Assembly (NCBI GenBank): GCA_001189075.1
Contig: LFCN01000006.1
Location: forward strand, 17,605-81,604
Direction of reading: 5' to 3'
Origin: Parcubacteria bacterium C7867-004
GTDB taxonomy: Bacteria > Patescibacteriota > Minisyncoccia > Phycocordibacterales > Phycocordibacteraceae
Length of the DNA: 64,000 bases
Every line of letters starts with the position of its first letter. Position 1 is the first letter of the stretch. The position numbers were made by a program, and so were the translations under genes. The notes under the pieces were generated by a model. That model searched no databases. It was not told where the DNA came from and was given only the letters and a program-made list of their open reading frames with translations. This document shows, one piece after another, positions 54,135-63,427 of the stretch.

Positions 54135-56255
54135 CTATATTGTAATGCCTGCCCAACGTTCCTTCACTTTTGGATTCGCAGCAAGCAATGCGTCGAACTC
54201 CACTCTTTTCGGAGACGTAGCAGGAAGAGACCGTAGGTATCCAAGTACTGTTCGTAGCTCGCCAGGATTGAGTTTGTTGGGATCAATTGTCGCAAGCTGT
54301 CGACCTGACATATTCTGGTGAACTTCTGCGCGCGCAAGGATTGCCGGCTTAAGCTTGCCAATGTCTTCGTTGGACATGCCACCGATGGTTCCTGCGGCAC
54401 GCGTTCCTTCAAATCGCTTATCGCGGGCATCCCTGAGGGCGCCCTGTTGAGCGCCCGTAAGCTTGTCATTCTTGATGACAGCATCAAACTGATCGTCAGA
54501 GATATTTGCCGCGAAATTCTCATCCGAAAGGAGACCAGCGTGGTCGTTTGATTTTGCAAGCTCGGAAAGATCTTTCGCTGACCAGCGCTTAAGAGCCGTC
54601 TGCGCCGCCTTCTTCTGATCCGGAGTGGCGGCAGGGTCGTTGATCGTTGTCAGTTGTTCTTGAATCGCATCAAATCGGCCCTTTCGGAGCTGGCCCTTCT
54701 GGCCCTCATCAAGCTTGTCGCTCTTCATGAGACTTTCGAACTGCTCAGGAGTAAGATTCTGTGCCATTGAGGCGATACCTTCCTTGATTCCATGAAGCTC
54801 TTCAAGCTGTTTGGTAGAGAGTGACGCCAAGTACTGCTTACTGTCATCGCCAATTACGCCATGACCTTCCTCCTGGTCATGTGCCTCCTTCTCAAGCGTC
54901 TGCTTCTTCACCTCACCTAGGTATTCTCGCTCAAGTTCCTTTCCGGCCTTTCCTTCCTTAATGTCCTCATACAGATGCTTGGCGTCACCAAACGTTGCGT
55001 GTTCCGCTGGCTTCGCTCCGGCAGTGATTCCGGCTGCTCCGAGCACAGAACCCACGCCTGCCCTGCGGATATCGAGGTTGGCCTTCTCGAGCGGACGCAG
55101 TATGCGGTTCACGGCGACCTGCCCTGCCCTACCGCCAAAGCCGGTCTTCTGTTGCAGACGTCGGAGCGCAAACGCGCCGCCGCCGACACCGTAGTTCGCT
55201 ACTCGGGCGGCGGAACCAAACGTAACCGCGCTCGCCGTATTCATCGCGAACTTAGCACCCATTGCACCCATCTTGTTCGCAACTATAAGCGACGCCATCA
55301 TGAATCCGATGATAACGGCGAATACGAGCACGACCTGCACGTTCCCGGCAGCCGCTTGCGCACCGGCAACGCCACCCGTACCCGCGATCGCTTCACCCAG
55401 TTTTCCGCTTGAGCCCTGTGCGAGCGTCTCTGTTAGTTTAAGACTTATGAAGATAAGGAGGAGATATGCAGGAGCGAAGAACGCCTGAGAGAAGAGTTTG
55501 CTCCACCACTCGTCGGCAAGCTTCTTGAGTGACGGTATGGCCATGCCCGCGAATCCTATCGGCGAGGTAACCATAAGGAGCGAGAGCACCACGACTCGAT
55601 AGATGAACATGATTGCCCCTGCCAACAGCACCATCGCGGTTATCATGACGAATATCGCGAGGCAGATGAGCACGATTGCCGAGGCGAGGGGCTTCGTTGC
55701 GTTCACGCCGTCCCCTCCGGTCCAAATGCTGCCGATGCCGGCCCGATCGGATACCAGTCCCGAGATTCCCACGTTAACGCAGGGATCTGCGGGCGCTGAA
55801 GGGTCACACTTCTGGCCTGCCTGTTCCGCAAACACCGAAGCAAGGCCGTTCGAAACGTCGATTATGGCCTGGGTAGCAAACAAGCTGAAGTTCACGAGCA
55901 CGGCGAAGAGGATCAAGCGCGGTATCGCTTTCTTCGCGCTTATACCGCCGCCATGCCCATGCCCTCCTCCGTCAACATTAAGGATGAGCATTACGCCCAT
56001 GAATATGAATCCAAAGAGAAGGCCAATATTCGCTATGTCGCGCATCACTCCCCAGGCGACGAGCATCGCATCTGAAGTGCCGAAATAGGTTCCGAACTGG
56101 TACACGGTCCGGATTACCGCCCAGTTGAATACGAGACCTACGAGCCAGAGAATTAGATTCGCGAGACCCAGCATCGCCACCCCGAGCGGGTACAGGACAA
56201 TACCGAAGAGCCACTCCCCTCCTCCGACGACTGCGTTAATGAAACCCGATATCAT
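54135..56255 (-). CDS. VirB6/TrbL-like polytopic T4SS membrane protein with a long repeat-containing hydrophilic tail
   Basis: ~360-aa N-terminal region with >=6 TM helices and a HGHGGG loop. C-terminal ~340 aa hydrophilic with an internal ~60-aa repeat (EQFESLMKSDKLDEGQKGQLRKGRFDAI vs DQFDAVIKNDKLTGAQQGALRDARDKRFE). Confidence 0.55.
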   Translation of the reverse strand: MISGFINAVVGGGEWLFGIVLYPLGVAMLGLANLILWLVGLVFNWAVIRTVYQFGTYFGTSDAMLVAWGVMRDIANIGLLFGFIFMGVMLILNVDGGGHGHGGGISAKKAIPRLILFAVLVNFSLFATQAIIDVSNGLASVFAEQAGQKCDPSAPADPCVNVGISGLVSDRAGIGSIWTGGDGVNATKPLASAIVLICLAIFVMITAMVLLAGAIMFIYRVVVLSLLMVTSPIGFAGMAIPSLKKLADEWWSKLFSQAFFAPAYLLLIFISLKLTETLAQGSSGKLGEAIAGTGGVAGAQAAAGNVQVVLVFAVIIGFMMASLIVANKMGAMGAKFAMNTASAVTFGSAARVANYGVGGGAFALRRLQQKTGFGGRAGQVAVNRILRPLEKANLDIRRAGVGSVLGAAGITAGAKPAEHATFGDAKHLYEDIKEGKAGKELEREYLGEVKKQTLEKEAHDQEEGHGVIGDDSKQYLASLSTKQLEELHGIKEGIASMAQNLTPEQFESLMKSDKLDEGQKGQLRKGRFDAIQEQLTTINDPAATPDQKKAAQTALKRWSAKDLSELAKSNDHAGLLSDENFAANISDDQFDAVIKNDKLTGAQQGALRDARDKRFEGTRAAGTIGGMSNEDIGKLKPAILARAEVHQNMSGRQLATIDPNKLNPGELRTVLGYLRSLPATSPKRVEFDALLAANPKVKERWAGITI

Positions 56256-56258
56256 GTT

Positions 56259-57800
56259 CTATTCTTTGTCGATCGAGCACGATCGTGAAGAGGCAAGACG
56301 AGTGAGCTGCGTATAGAGCGACGACGGGTCTCCATCTCCCGTATCAACCGACTCCCGACTCACCAGCGCGAAGGCATCTGGGCTCGGGAGCACGAGTCCA
56401 TTATATTCATCGAATATGGTCGCGTAGGCCGCGGTCTGGTCTCCAGGAGCATTCTTAGCTGTCTGCATCTTCGCATTGATTGCATCTAGTGCCGAGAGAG
56501 AATTGGCTCCTGCCACGAGATTCTCGCCTGCTCTGGAGATGATCTGGTCAGGAGTAAGAGATTCGCTACCGAGGGTTAATGCCGTGCCTGGGCAGCGGCT
56601 CCGTACTCCTTCCGCCGCATCGCGGAGTCTGGTCCAGCCTGCATTGAAATCAGAGATATTGCGGCGCTGCTCGGTGAGTGTTTCTTCGAAACGTTCGCCG
56701 AGACTCTTCGTGACGTCATTCGTCTGGGTTGGGCTAGTTGCCTGGTCAAGCGGGGACACTCCTCCTCCAGAAGAAGGGCGTGACGAGCCTGAGAGGCCTC
56801 CTCCCCCATCCGAGCCAAGCAACTGCCCCATCAGCTGGTTCATGAGCGCGCCGATAATCTCGTTCAACTCATCCGCGGTAACAATCTTGTCGATGTTGGA
56901 ACCGAGAGTCTTATTGAGCTGCTCATGTATAACGCTACCTGGTGTCTTTACGGCATAGTCATAACAATCGTCTTGTTGGGCGAGCGACACGGTCTTCGTC
57001 TCGCTCAGGTTGCCGGTGGCGTTGCCGTTCTCGTCGACACTTAATCCCGAACCGATAGTTCGGAGCTCTACGTTGCTCGTGGTTGTCGTCGGAGCGGTCT
57101 TGCAGTCCCCGCGCCACTGCATAAAGCCACGGTTCCAGGAGAATTCCTGAAGACGATTTCCGGTCGCTTCCTCAACCTCGCCGGTGATGAAACGATTGAG
57201 GGCCATCTCGGCAGCATAGGGATTATTTTGCGGGTTCAGCGTTGATGAGATCCACGCGTTCCATCCACCTTTGGTGAACTCCCCCTGGAGGAATGCGCGG
57301 TCGTCCTCGCTCACCTGATTCAAGGTGTACGGGTACTTTGTGTAGAACGATTCCGGGCTGGTTGAGAGGTAGTACGCGAGACGCGCACCGTCGAGGATTC
57401 TGTCCTGGAAAGGTGTCGTTGCTATATCTTGATTCGAAAGCTCAGTGAAGAATCGCGACACTACCGCATCCCCCACTCCTCGCAGGTTATGTTTCAGATC
57501 GGTAACGAATGCAGGCGAGCCCTGAAAGCCGCTGTTAATCCAGTTCACGAGACTCTTCACGAGCGATTTACGCGCAAGCTCGATAACCTGCCACGCAAGA
57601 GTGTCGAGCACGAATTCCTTCGTCTTGCCGGCAGCGTCAGCGAAAGCCGACACGGTGTTCTGTACGAGATTCGTGACGTCGATGACGGGCAATCCGGCGT
57701 TTGCCTTCTGCGGGAGGGAGACCGTACCGACTGAGATAAGGATAGAGAGGCCGAGGACCGAAGCTATGATGCGCTGCGAGAATGTTGGTCCGCCGTCCAT
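56259..57800 (-). CDS. hypothetical secreted protein (513 aa)
   Basis: Signal peptide ending ...PQKANA. Gly/Ser-rich linker (GSDGGGGLSGSSRPSSGGG). No recognisable motif. Confidence 0.4.
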   Translation of the reverse strand: MDGGPTFSQRIIASVLGLSILISVGTVSLPQKANAGLPVIDVTNLVQNTVSAFADAAGKTKEFVLDTLAWQVIELARKSLVKSLVNWINSGFQGSPAFVTDLKHNLRGVGDAVVSRFFTELSNQDIATTPFQDRILDGARLAYYLSTSPESFYTKYPYTLNQVSEDDRAFLQGEFTKGGWNAWISSTLNPQNNPYAAEMALNRFITGEVEEATGNRLQEFSWNRGFMQWRGDCKTAPTTTTSNVELRTIGSGLSVDENGNATGNLSETKTVSLAQQDDCYDYAVKTPGSVIHEQLNKTLGSNIDKIVTADELNEIIGALMNQLMGQLLGSDGGGGLSGSSRPSSGGGVSPLDQATSPTQTNDVTKSLGERFEETLTEQRRNISDFNAGWTRLRDAAEGVRSRCPGTALTLGSESLTPDQIISRAGENLVAGANSLSALDAINAKMQTAKNAPGDQTAAYATIFDEYNGLVLPSPDAFALVSRESVDTGDGDPSSLYTQLTRLASSRSCSIDKE

Positions 57801-57801
57801 A

Positions 57802-58830
57802 TTATTTATTTGCCGCAGCCGCGTCGCGGGCGGTCTTTATGATGTAGTACCCTTCCACTCCTTCAAGCGGTGTGACCTGTAGAGCCTCGAATACGCCGCT
57901 CAAGCCTGCGAACGAAGCGACCACTCGAGCACCGTACGTTTCGTAGAGCGCGATACCCATGAGTGCCCGTATCGGATCTTCGTTCATGGTGCTCATGTCT
58001 TCGCTCATCTCGCCCATGTGGATGAGCGCGTTCACGATGGCGAGGTGCGACTGCGCTATCTCGTCGGGCACCGGGATCTTGATGAGCGCGTTCGCGATGT
58101 TCTCGTATGCCTTCGCTACGTCCTTGAGCTTCTTGAGCGACTCGTTGTCGCCTTTTATCGCACGTCCGAAGTACACCAGCTCGTTCTGATCGGAAGGAAC
58201 GGTGTTCTCCGCAAACGCCTGTTCGGCCGCAATCGCGTACGCGCGTGCTGCAGATGCGCCCGTCTCACCTGACCGTTTAACGTCCTTGGCGCTATAAGTG
58301 TCTGGTGCGGCGCTGGTTTCCGAAAGATTCTGAACGCCGGCCTCGACGAATGAGACAATCTCGTCGGTTGTAGGAGGAGTCGATCCCCGATTCGTCATGT
58401 ACTGCTTGAAGAGCGCCTGCGCGAAGCGGTCTGTGAGCGAGTTCGGTGCAGCGGCGGTTCCGGGTATTGAGTCGATGTCAGTTTCCTCAGGAGCCGGTGC
58501 TACTTCCACCTTCGGCTGTATGAGTCCTTGCGCTACCGCGTCGCCGTCGAGCACGCCCTTCTTAAACGACTCAGCCTCGTTCGGATCAGTTCCGTAGAGT
58601 GCCTCCTGCCAATCGAGGAGCCCATCTTGGTCCGTATCCTTCGAGGCGTATTCGCGCAAAAGCTCCTGCGAGTTCTCCGCATTCGCCACCAGAATGTTCC
58701 CGAAGAACGGAACAGGACCCGAAAGCACGTACGAACCCGCCATCATCACGACAGCAATAAACGAGGCAGCTATGATGCGGATGGTCGGTGCCGAATGAGC
58801 CATAATCCTTAGCAAAATAATAGCACGCAC
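57802..58830 (-). CDS. hypothetical membrane-anchored protein (342 aa)
   Basis: N-terminal TM (IIAASFIAVVMMAGSYVL); predicted extracytoplasmic remainder. First gene of the accessory block on the minus strand. Confidence 0.4.
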   Translation of the reverse strand: MRAIILLRIMAHSAPTIRIIAASFIAVVMMAGSYVLSGPVPFFGNILVANAENSQELLREYASKDTDQDGLLDWQEALYGTDPNEAESFKKGVLDGDAVAQGLIQPKVEVAPAPEETDIDSIPGTAAAPNSLTDRFAQALFKQYMTNRGSTPPTTDEIVSFVEAGVQNLSETSAAPDTYSAKDVKRSGETGASAARAYAIAAEQAFAENTVPSDQNELVYFGRAIKGDNESLKKLKDVAKAYENIANALIKIPVPDEIAQSHLAIVNALIHMGEMSEDMSTMNEDPIRALMGIALYETYGARVVASFAGLSGVFEALQVTPLEGVEGYYIIKTARDAAAANK

Positions 58831-58882
58831 GACTCATCCGCTCTTCACCTATAAAGGTATGTGCACTGTGCACACCGCGAAG

Positions 58883-59656
58883 CTATATCTTCGTCGCGAG
58901 CGCGAGCCATGTCGAAAGCGAAAGATCCTCGGCACGCACTGTCGGTGCTATTCCCGCGGCGGCCAACGCATCCGCAACTGCTTTCTTCGACGCAAGGTCC
59001 TCGAGGTTGTTGCCCAGCTGCTTCCGTTTGTGCGCGAATCCTGCATGAAGTACCTCGAAAAAGCGGTCTTCACGGGCGGAATCACTAAATGATTCCTTGG
59101 ATATATCCCGAATATGAAGGACGGCCGAATCAACGTTTGGGGCCGGGCGAAAGGCGCCTCGGGGGACCGTGAATACATAGGAAGGCGTTCCATATGCCTT
59201 AACGGAGAGCGAAAGCAGGCTCTCCTTCTTCGAGCGAGCGATCCGTTCAGCCACCTCTTTCTGCACTAGAAGGGTCATGGAACTCGGCTGATTGTTCGCG
59301 GTTAGGAACTGACGGATGATCTCGCCGGTTATGTAGTACGGGATATTAGCTACAACCGCATAGGGTTTTGGTATCGACCCGGCATCGAAATTCCGTATGT
59401 CTCCTTGTGAAAGGGTCAGTCTCCCCTCCCCGATCTCAGGCGCGAACGTGCCTTCGAGCGTCTCGATAAGCGCGTGATCTGCTTCTACCGCGATAACCTG
59501 CGCGCCTGACGCGAGCAGCGCGCGCGTGAGCATGCCGGTTCCGGGACCTACCTCAAGCACGGTATCTCCAGGAGCGAGTCCCGCCGCCGCAACGATACGG
59601 TCAGCCGTCTGCTGATGCATCAGGAAGTTCTGCCCGAGGGATTTCTTCGCAAACAT
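58883..59656 (-). CDS. rsmA: 16S rRNA (adenine1518/1519-N6) dimethyltransferase RsmA/KsgA
   Basis: KKSLGQNFLMHQQTADRIV ... VLEVGPGTGMLTRALL (SAM motif) ... ANIPYYITGEII. Confidence 0.92.
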   Translation of the reverse strand: MFAKKSLGQNFLMHQQTADRIVAAAGLAPGDTVLEVGPGTGMLTRALLASGAQVIAVEADHALIETLEGTFAPEIGEGRLTLSQGDIRNFDAGSIPKPYAVVANIPYYITGEIIRQFLTANNQPSSMTLLVQKEVAERIARSKKESLLSLSVKAYGTPSYVFTVPRGAFRPAPNVDSAVLHIRDISKESFSDSAREDRFFEVLHAGFAHKRKQLGNNLEDLASKKAVADALAAAGIAPTVRAEDLSLSTWLALATKI

Positions 59657-59658
59657 AC

Positions 59659-61584
59659 TTAGAATATGTGTATCACGTCTTCAATATAGGGATCGTTCTC
59701 GCCTTCCGAATAGGAGACGAGGCTCTCGTCGATGTCGCGAAGGAATGAGGACGGCTCGGAGAAGAAGTCGGTGCCATAGATGCGACGGACACGCGCGAAC
59801 GTAAGGTACAGACGACGCTTCGCACGCGTAACCGCAACATAGAACAGTCGGCGCTCTTCTTCCTCGTCGCGCTTCTCGTCGTCATGACCTGAATGCGGGA
59901 AGAGTCCTTCCTCCATGCCGGTTACGAACACCGTATCGAACTCGAGTCCTTTCGCAGCGTGAACCGTCATAAGGGTTACGCCTCCCTTCACTCCATTGGC
60001 TAGTGGTGCATCCATCTCATCCTGGTCTCCGGCGAGCGCGGACTCAGCGAGGAATGCGGCAAGACCTTCTTCGCCGGGAAGCATGTCGAAGCGACTTGCA
60101 AGCGTGGCGAGCTCTTTAGCGTTCTCAAGTCGTTCCTGGTCTTCCTCCCCGCCCTTCTGGAGGCTTGCTGCCATCCCGGACTTCTCGATAACGAGCTTCA
60201 CGAACGCGGACGGGATTGCTACCTTCGCCGTGTCGGCCAGTTCCTCGACCAGTCGCTCGAATGTCTCGACTTTAGCTCGCTCCGCGGGCTTCAATTCCCC
60301 TCGTTTCCCTTCCGTTAACTTTCCGAGCGTTACTTTCCCGATTCCGCGCGTTGGCGATTGCACGGCGCGCATGCGATCCGCTTCGCGCGTCGGATCAAGC
60401 GCGAGTCTGACCCAGGCGAGCACATCCTTCACTTCCTTGCGATCAAGGAACCGCGTACCGAGGACCTTGTACGGCACTCCCGCTCCGAGGAACGCTTCTT
60501 CGAGCGCCCGCGACTGGAAGTTAGTCCGGAACAATACCGCGATATCTTCAGGCTTCGTTCCTGCACGGATACTGGTCTGTATCTGTCGCGCGACGAAGCG
60601 CGCTTCCTGTTCCGCATTCCCCGCCTGGTACAGCCGTATCGGTTCCCCGTCGGGGTTATCGGTTACCGCATGCTTCTCTTTGCGATTGCGGTTCTTCTCG
60701 ATGATCTGGTTCCCCGCCGCAACGATCGTCTTAGTCGAGCGGTAGTTATGCGCGAGCACGATGGTCTTGGCGGAAGGATACGTTTCATCGAAACCAAGGA
60801 GGTTCTCGATGGTCGCTCCGCGCCAGGTATAGATCGTCTGATCGATGTCTCCCACTACGAACAGGTTCTTATGCGTCGCTGACAGATACCCTGCGAGCGT
60901 TCCTTGGAGACCGTTGGTGTCCTGGTACTCGTCTACGTGCACGTGCGAGAAGAGTTCCTGTGCCTGCGCACGGACATCTTCGTGATCACGTAGTAATCGG
61001 ACCGGAAGCGATATGAGATCATCGAAGTCGAGCGCTTTCTCTTTGCGCACTATCGCTTCGTAGCGGGGCCATACTTCTGATACCACCCTCGAGTTGAAGC
61101 TCGCCCGCCCGTGCTTCTCCTTGAACTGTTCCGGCGTGTTCCCCTCCCCTTTCTCTTTCGAGATGCGTGAGAGAACGAACCCAGGCGAGAGCTCCTTCGG
61201 ATCGATATCCATCTCTTTCAGCACCTGCTTGATTGCGGCTTTCGAATCATCCCGATCGAATATCGTGAAATAGCGCGGGACGTTTACGCGGGTGCCGTAC
61301 CGCTGCAGGAGCTCGCGGCCGAGTCCGTGGAACGTAGCCACGAATGGCAACGGCGCGTCCCCGAGCCGTTCCGACAGGCGTTCCCGCATCTCCCTCGCCG
61401 CCTTGTTCGTGAACGTTACGGCGAGTATGCGGTTTGCGGGAACCCCCTCGCGGATGAGGTGGTAGATACGCGTGGTTAGCACCCTCGTCTTCCCCGATCC
61501 GGCTCCCGCAAGCACCGAAACCGGACCATCTATGGTCAAAACCGCTTCCCGCTGCGCATCGTTAAGGCCCTCAAGGTACTGCAT
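59659..61584 (-). CDS. ATP-dependent DNA helicase, UvrD/PcrA/Rep family
   Basis: LNDAQREAVLTIDGPVSVLAGAGSGKTRVLTTR (motif I), HVDEYQDTN (motif II), and the other SF1A blocks; 641 aa. Confidence 0.9.
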   Translation of the reverse strand: MQYLEGLNDAQREAVLTIDGPVSVLAGAGSGKTRVLTTRIYHLIREGVPANRILAVTFTNKAAREMRERLSERLGDAPLPFVATFHGLGRELLQRYGTRVNVPRYFTIFDRDDSKAAIKQVLKEMDIDPKELSPGFVLSRISKEKGEGNTPEQFKEKHGRASFNSRVVSEVWPRYEAIVRKEKALDFDDLISLPVRLLRDHEDVRAQAQELFSHVHVDEYQDTNGLQGTLAGYLSATHKNLFVVGDIDQTIYTWRGATIENLLGFDETYPSAKTIVLAHNYRSTKTIVAAGNQIIEKNRNRKEKHAVTDNPDGEPIRLYQAGNAEQEARFVARQIQTSIRAGTKPEDIAVLFRTNFQSRALEEAFLGAGVPYKVLGTRFLDRKEVKDVLAWVRLALDPTREADRMRAVQSPTRGIGKVTLGKLTEGKRGELKPAERAKVETFERLVEELADTAKVAIPSAFVKLVIEKSGMAASLQKGGEEDQERLENAKELATLASRFDMLPGEEGLAAFLAESALAGDQDEMDAPLANGVKGGVTLMTVHAAKGLEFDTVFVTGMEEGLFPHSGHDDEKRDEEEERRLFYVAVTRAKRRLYLTFARVRRIYGTDFFSEPSSFLRDIDESLVSYSEGENDPYIEDVIHIF

Positions 61585-61728
61585 TGTTCCGTCACTATAA
61601 CGCGGAGCAGTATTTCCTTCCTAACTAGTGTATTCTGGCCAAGTATTACGCAACTCTTTTGACATTTTGTCCCTATTTTCGCTCTCCACTTCCTTCATGA
61701 ACGCCCTGGTTGACCCTCCCTGCCCAGC

Positions 61729-61758
61729 GTTTATACTATCTTCATCGAGTGAACCTCT
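61729..61758 (+). promoter_or_regulatory. candidate sigma70-like promoter for the M23 peptidase gene
   Basis: TTGACC - 18 nt - TACTAT about 100 nt upstream of the ATG at 61862. A perfect palindrome atggcttatgtaagccat lies just downstream at ~61772-61789. Confidence 0.3.
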
Positions 61759-61861
61759 GACACGCAAGGATGGCTTATGTAAGCCATTTTGTATTCTGAA
61801 GAACGACTGAATATTCCCTGTTTCCTCTATCCCAGACCCTCTCAACCTTGTCGACTCCCCA

Positions 61862-62953
61862 GTGCTCAATGCGAGCCGACATGCATACTGGATTCCTGGC
61901 GCTCTAATCGCCGCAAGCCTCCTTCTGGGGATAGGAATCACCCTCACCCCGACTGCTGCGGGAGCCTTCTGGCCATTTTCAATAACGAACGCATCGGAAT
62001 CCTCCCCGATGCTCCACGACAGCAGCATCGACCTGCTTGAAGCCGCTACGAACTCCGATCCGAACCCTGCCAAGGGTAGCGGCGACATACTTACGACCGG
62101 AGGATCGGCCCTTATCGCGTATAGCGGCCCGGGCGGGACCATCGTGAACATCGACAAGAGCGTTACGGGAGGCCGCATCTCGAGCTACACCGTCCGTGAA
62201 GGCGATTCCCTCTCCGATATCGCAGACATGTTTGACGTTTCGGTAAACACCATACTCTGGGCGAACAATCTGACCGCCAAGAGTGCCATCGCTCCAGGAA
62301 GCACTCTTATCATCCTGCCGGTCTCCGGTCTTCGCCACACCATCACGTCAGGCGAGACGCTCGCGAGCCTCGCGAAGGATTACGGATCGGATGCGGACGA
62401 GATCGCCTCGTATAACGGTCTCGAGGCGGGAAGCGGCCTTACCAAGGGACAGAGCATCATCATTCCTGGAGGCGAGATAAAGGCACCGGCTAAGACTGTC
62501 GCGAAGGCAGCCGCTAAGGCGAAGACGGTTGCGAAGGCCAAGATTCGTACGGGTGGTGCCATGGGCAGCATCCTTCCTACGGGAGACACGAGCAATGCGG
62601 CGTCGAGCGGATTCGCGAATCCGGTACCGGCAGGTCGCCTTTCTCAGGGCATCCATGGGTGGAACGGTGTCGACCTCGCTGCCCCGAATGGCAGCCCTAT
62701 CTACGCAGCTTCGGGAGGTACCGTTATTATCTCTCGCATAGGCGGATGGAACGGCGGATACGGCAACTACGTCGTTATCGACCATGGCAATAACGTGCAG
62801 ACGCTGTACTCGCACATGAGCACCGACCTGGTCTCTGTCGGACAGTCGGTAGCTCGCGGCGAGCAGATAGGCTCGGTCGGCAAGACCGGTGAAGCAACCG
62901 GCTTCCATCTCCACTTCGAGGTGCGAGGCGCGAAGAATCCATTCGGGAACTAA
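61862..62953 (+). CDS. LysM-domain-containing M23-family peptidoglycan metalloendopeptidase
   Basis: Two LysM-like repeats (YTVREGDSLSDIADMF ... HTITSGETLASLAKDY) and an M23 domain (HGWNGVDLAA ... VVIDHGNNVQTLYSHM ... GFHLHFEV). Confidence 0.85.
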   Translation: MLNASRHAYWIPGALIAASLLLGIGITLTPTAAGAFWPFSITNASESSPMLHDSSIDLLEAATNSDPNPAKGSGDILTTGGSALIAYSGPGGTIVNIDKSVTGGRISSYTVREGDSLSDIADMFDVSVNTILWANNLTAKSAIAPGSTLIILPVSGLRHTITSGETLASLAKDYGSDADEIASYNGLEAGSGLTKGQSIIIPGGEIKAPAKTVAKAAAKAKTVAKAKIRTGGAMGSILPTGDTSNAASSGFANPVPAGRLSQGIHGWNGVDLAAPNGSPIYAASGGTVIISRIGGWNGGYGNYVVIDHGNNVQTLYSHMSTDLVSVGQSVARGEQIGSVGKTGEATGFHLHFEVRGAKNPFGN

Positions 62954-63019
62954 GACGGGAATCTCATACAAACTAAAAGCCGCGGTTATCGCGGCTTTTA
63001 GTTTCCTACATCTCAACGC

Positions 63020-63373
63020 CTATGTGTTCAGGTGTGCCTTGCAGGTAGTCGCTGCGGCGTCAGCGGCGAGACGATCTTCCTCGATCATCTCACCCGATAC
63101 GGTGCATACGCCGTAGGTCCCTTCGTCGATTCGAGCGAGCGCGGCGAGCACTTCGTTATAGCGGATCTCGAGATCCTTGAGAATCGCCGTGTTGTCCTCG
63201 TAGTGCGATATGAGGTCAGCTGCATCATTCGGATCTGATTCCTGGCCGGTCTCCTGCGGAAGGGCTTCCCAATCGTTCGGGTTCTCTGGGTTCCTCCGGC
63301 CGATGGTTGCGAGCTCTGCTTCAAGGTTCGCCTTCTCGTCAACGAGAGCGGCACGGTACGGTTCTGTATTCAT
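63020..63373 (-). CDS. DksA/TraR-family-like small protein (degenerate zinc finger)
   Basis: 117 aa with a coiled-coil N-terminus and C-terminal GVCTVSGEMIEEDRLAADAAATTCKAH, resembling the TraR/DksA C4 finger but with only two Cys. Confidence 0.5.
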   Translation of the reverse strand: MNTEPYRAALVDEKANLEAELATIGRRNPENPNDWEALPQETGQESDPNDAADLISHYEDNTAILKDLEIRYNEVLAALARIDEGTYGVCTVSGEMIEEDRLAADAAATTCKAHLNT

Positions 63374-63427
63374 TGCGCGTACTGTAGCACACGAACGTGC
63401 GTCGTTAAAAGCGAGCAGCAGCAGCCG

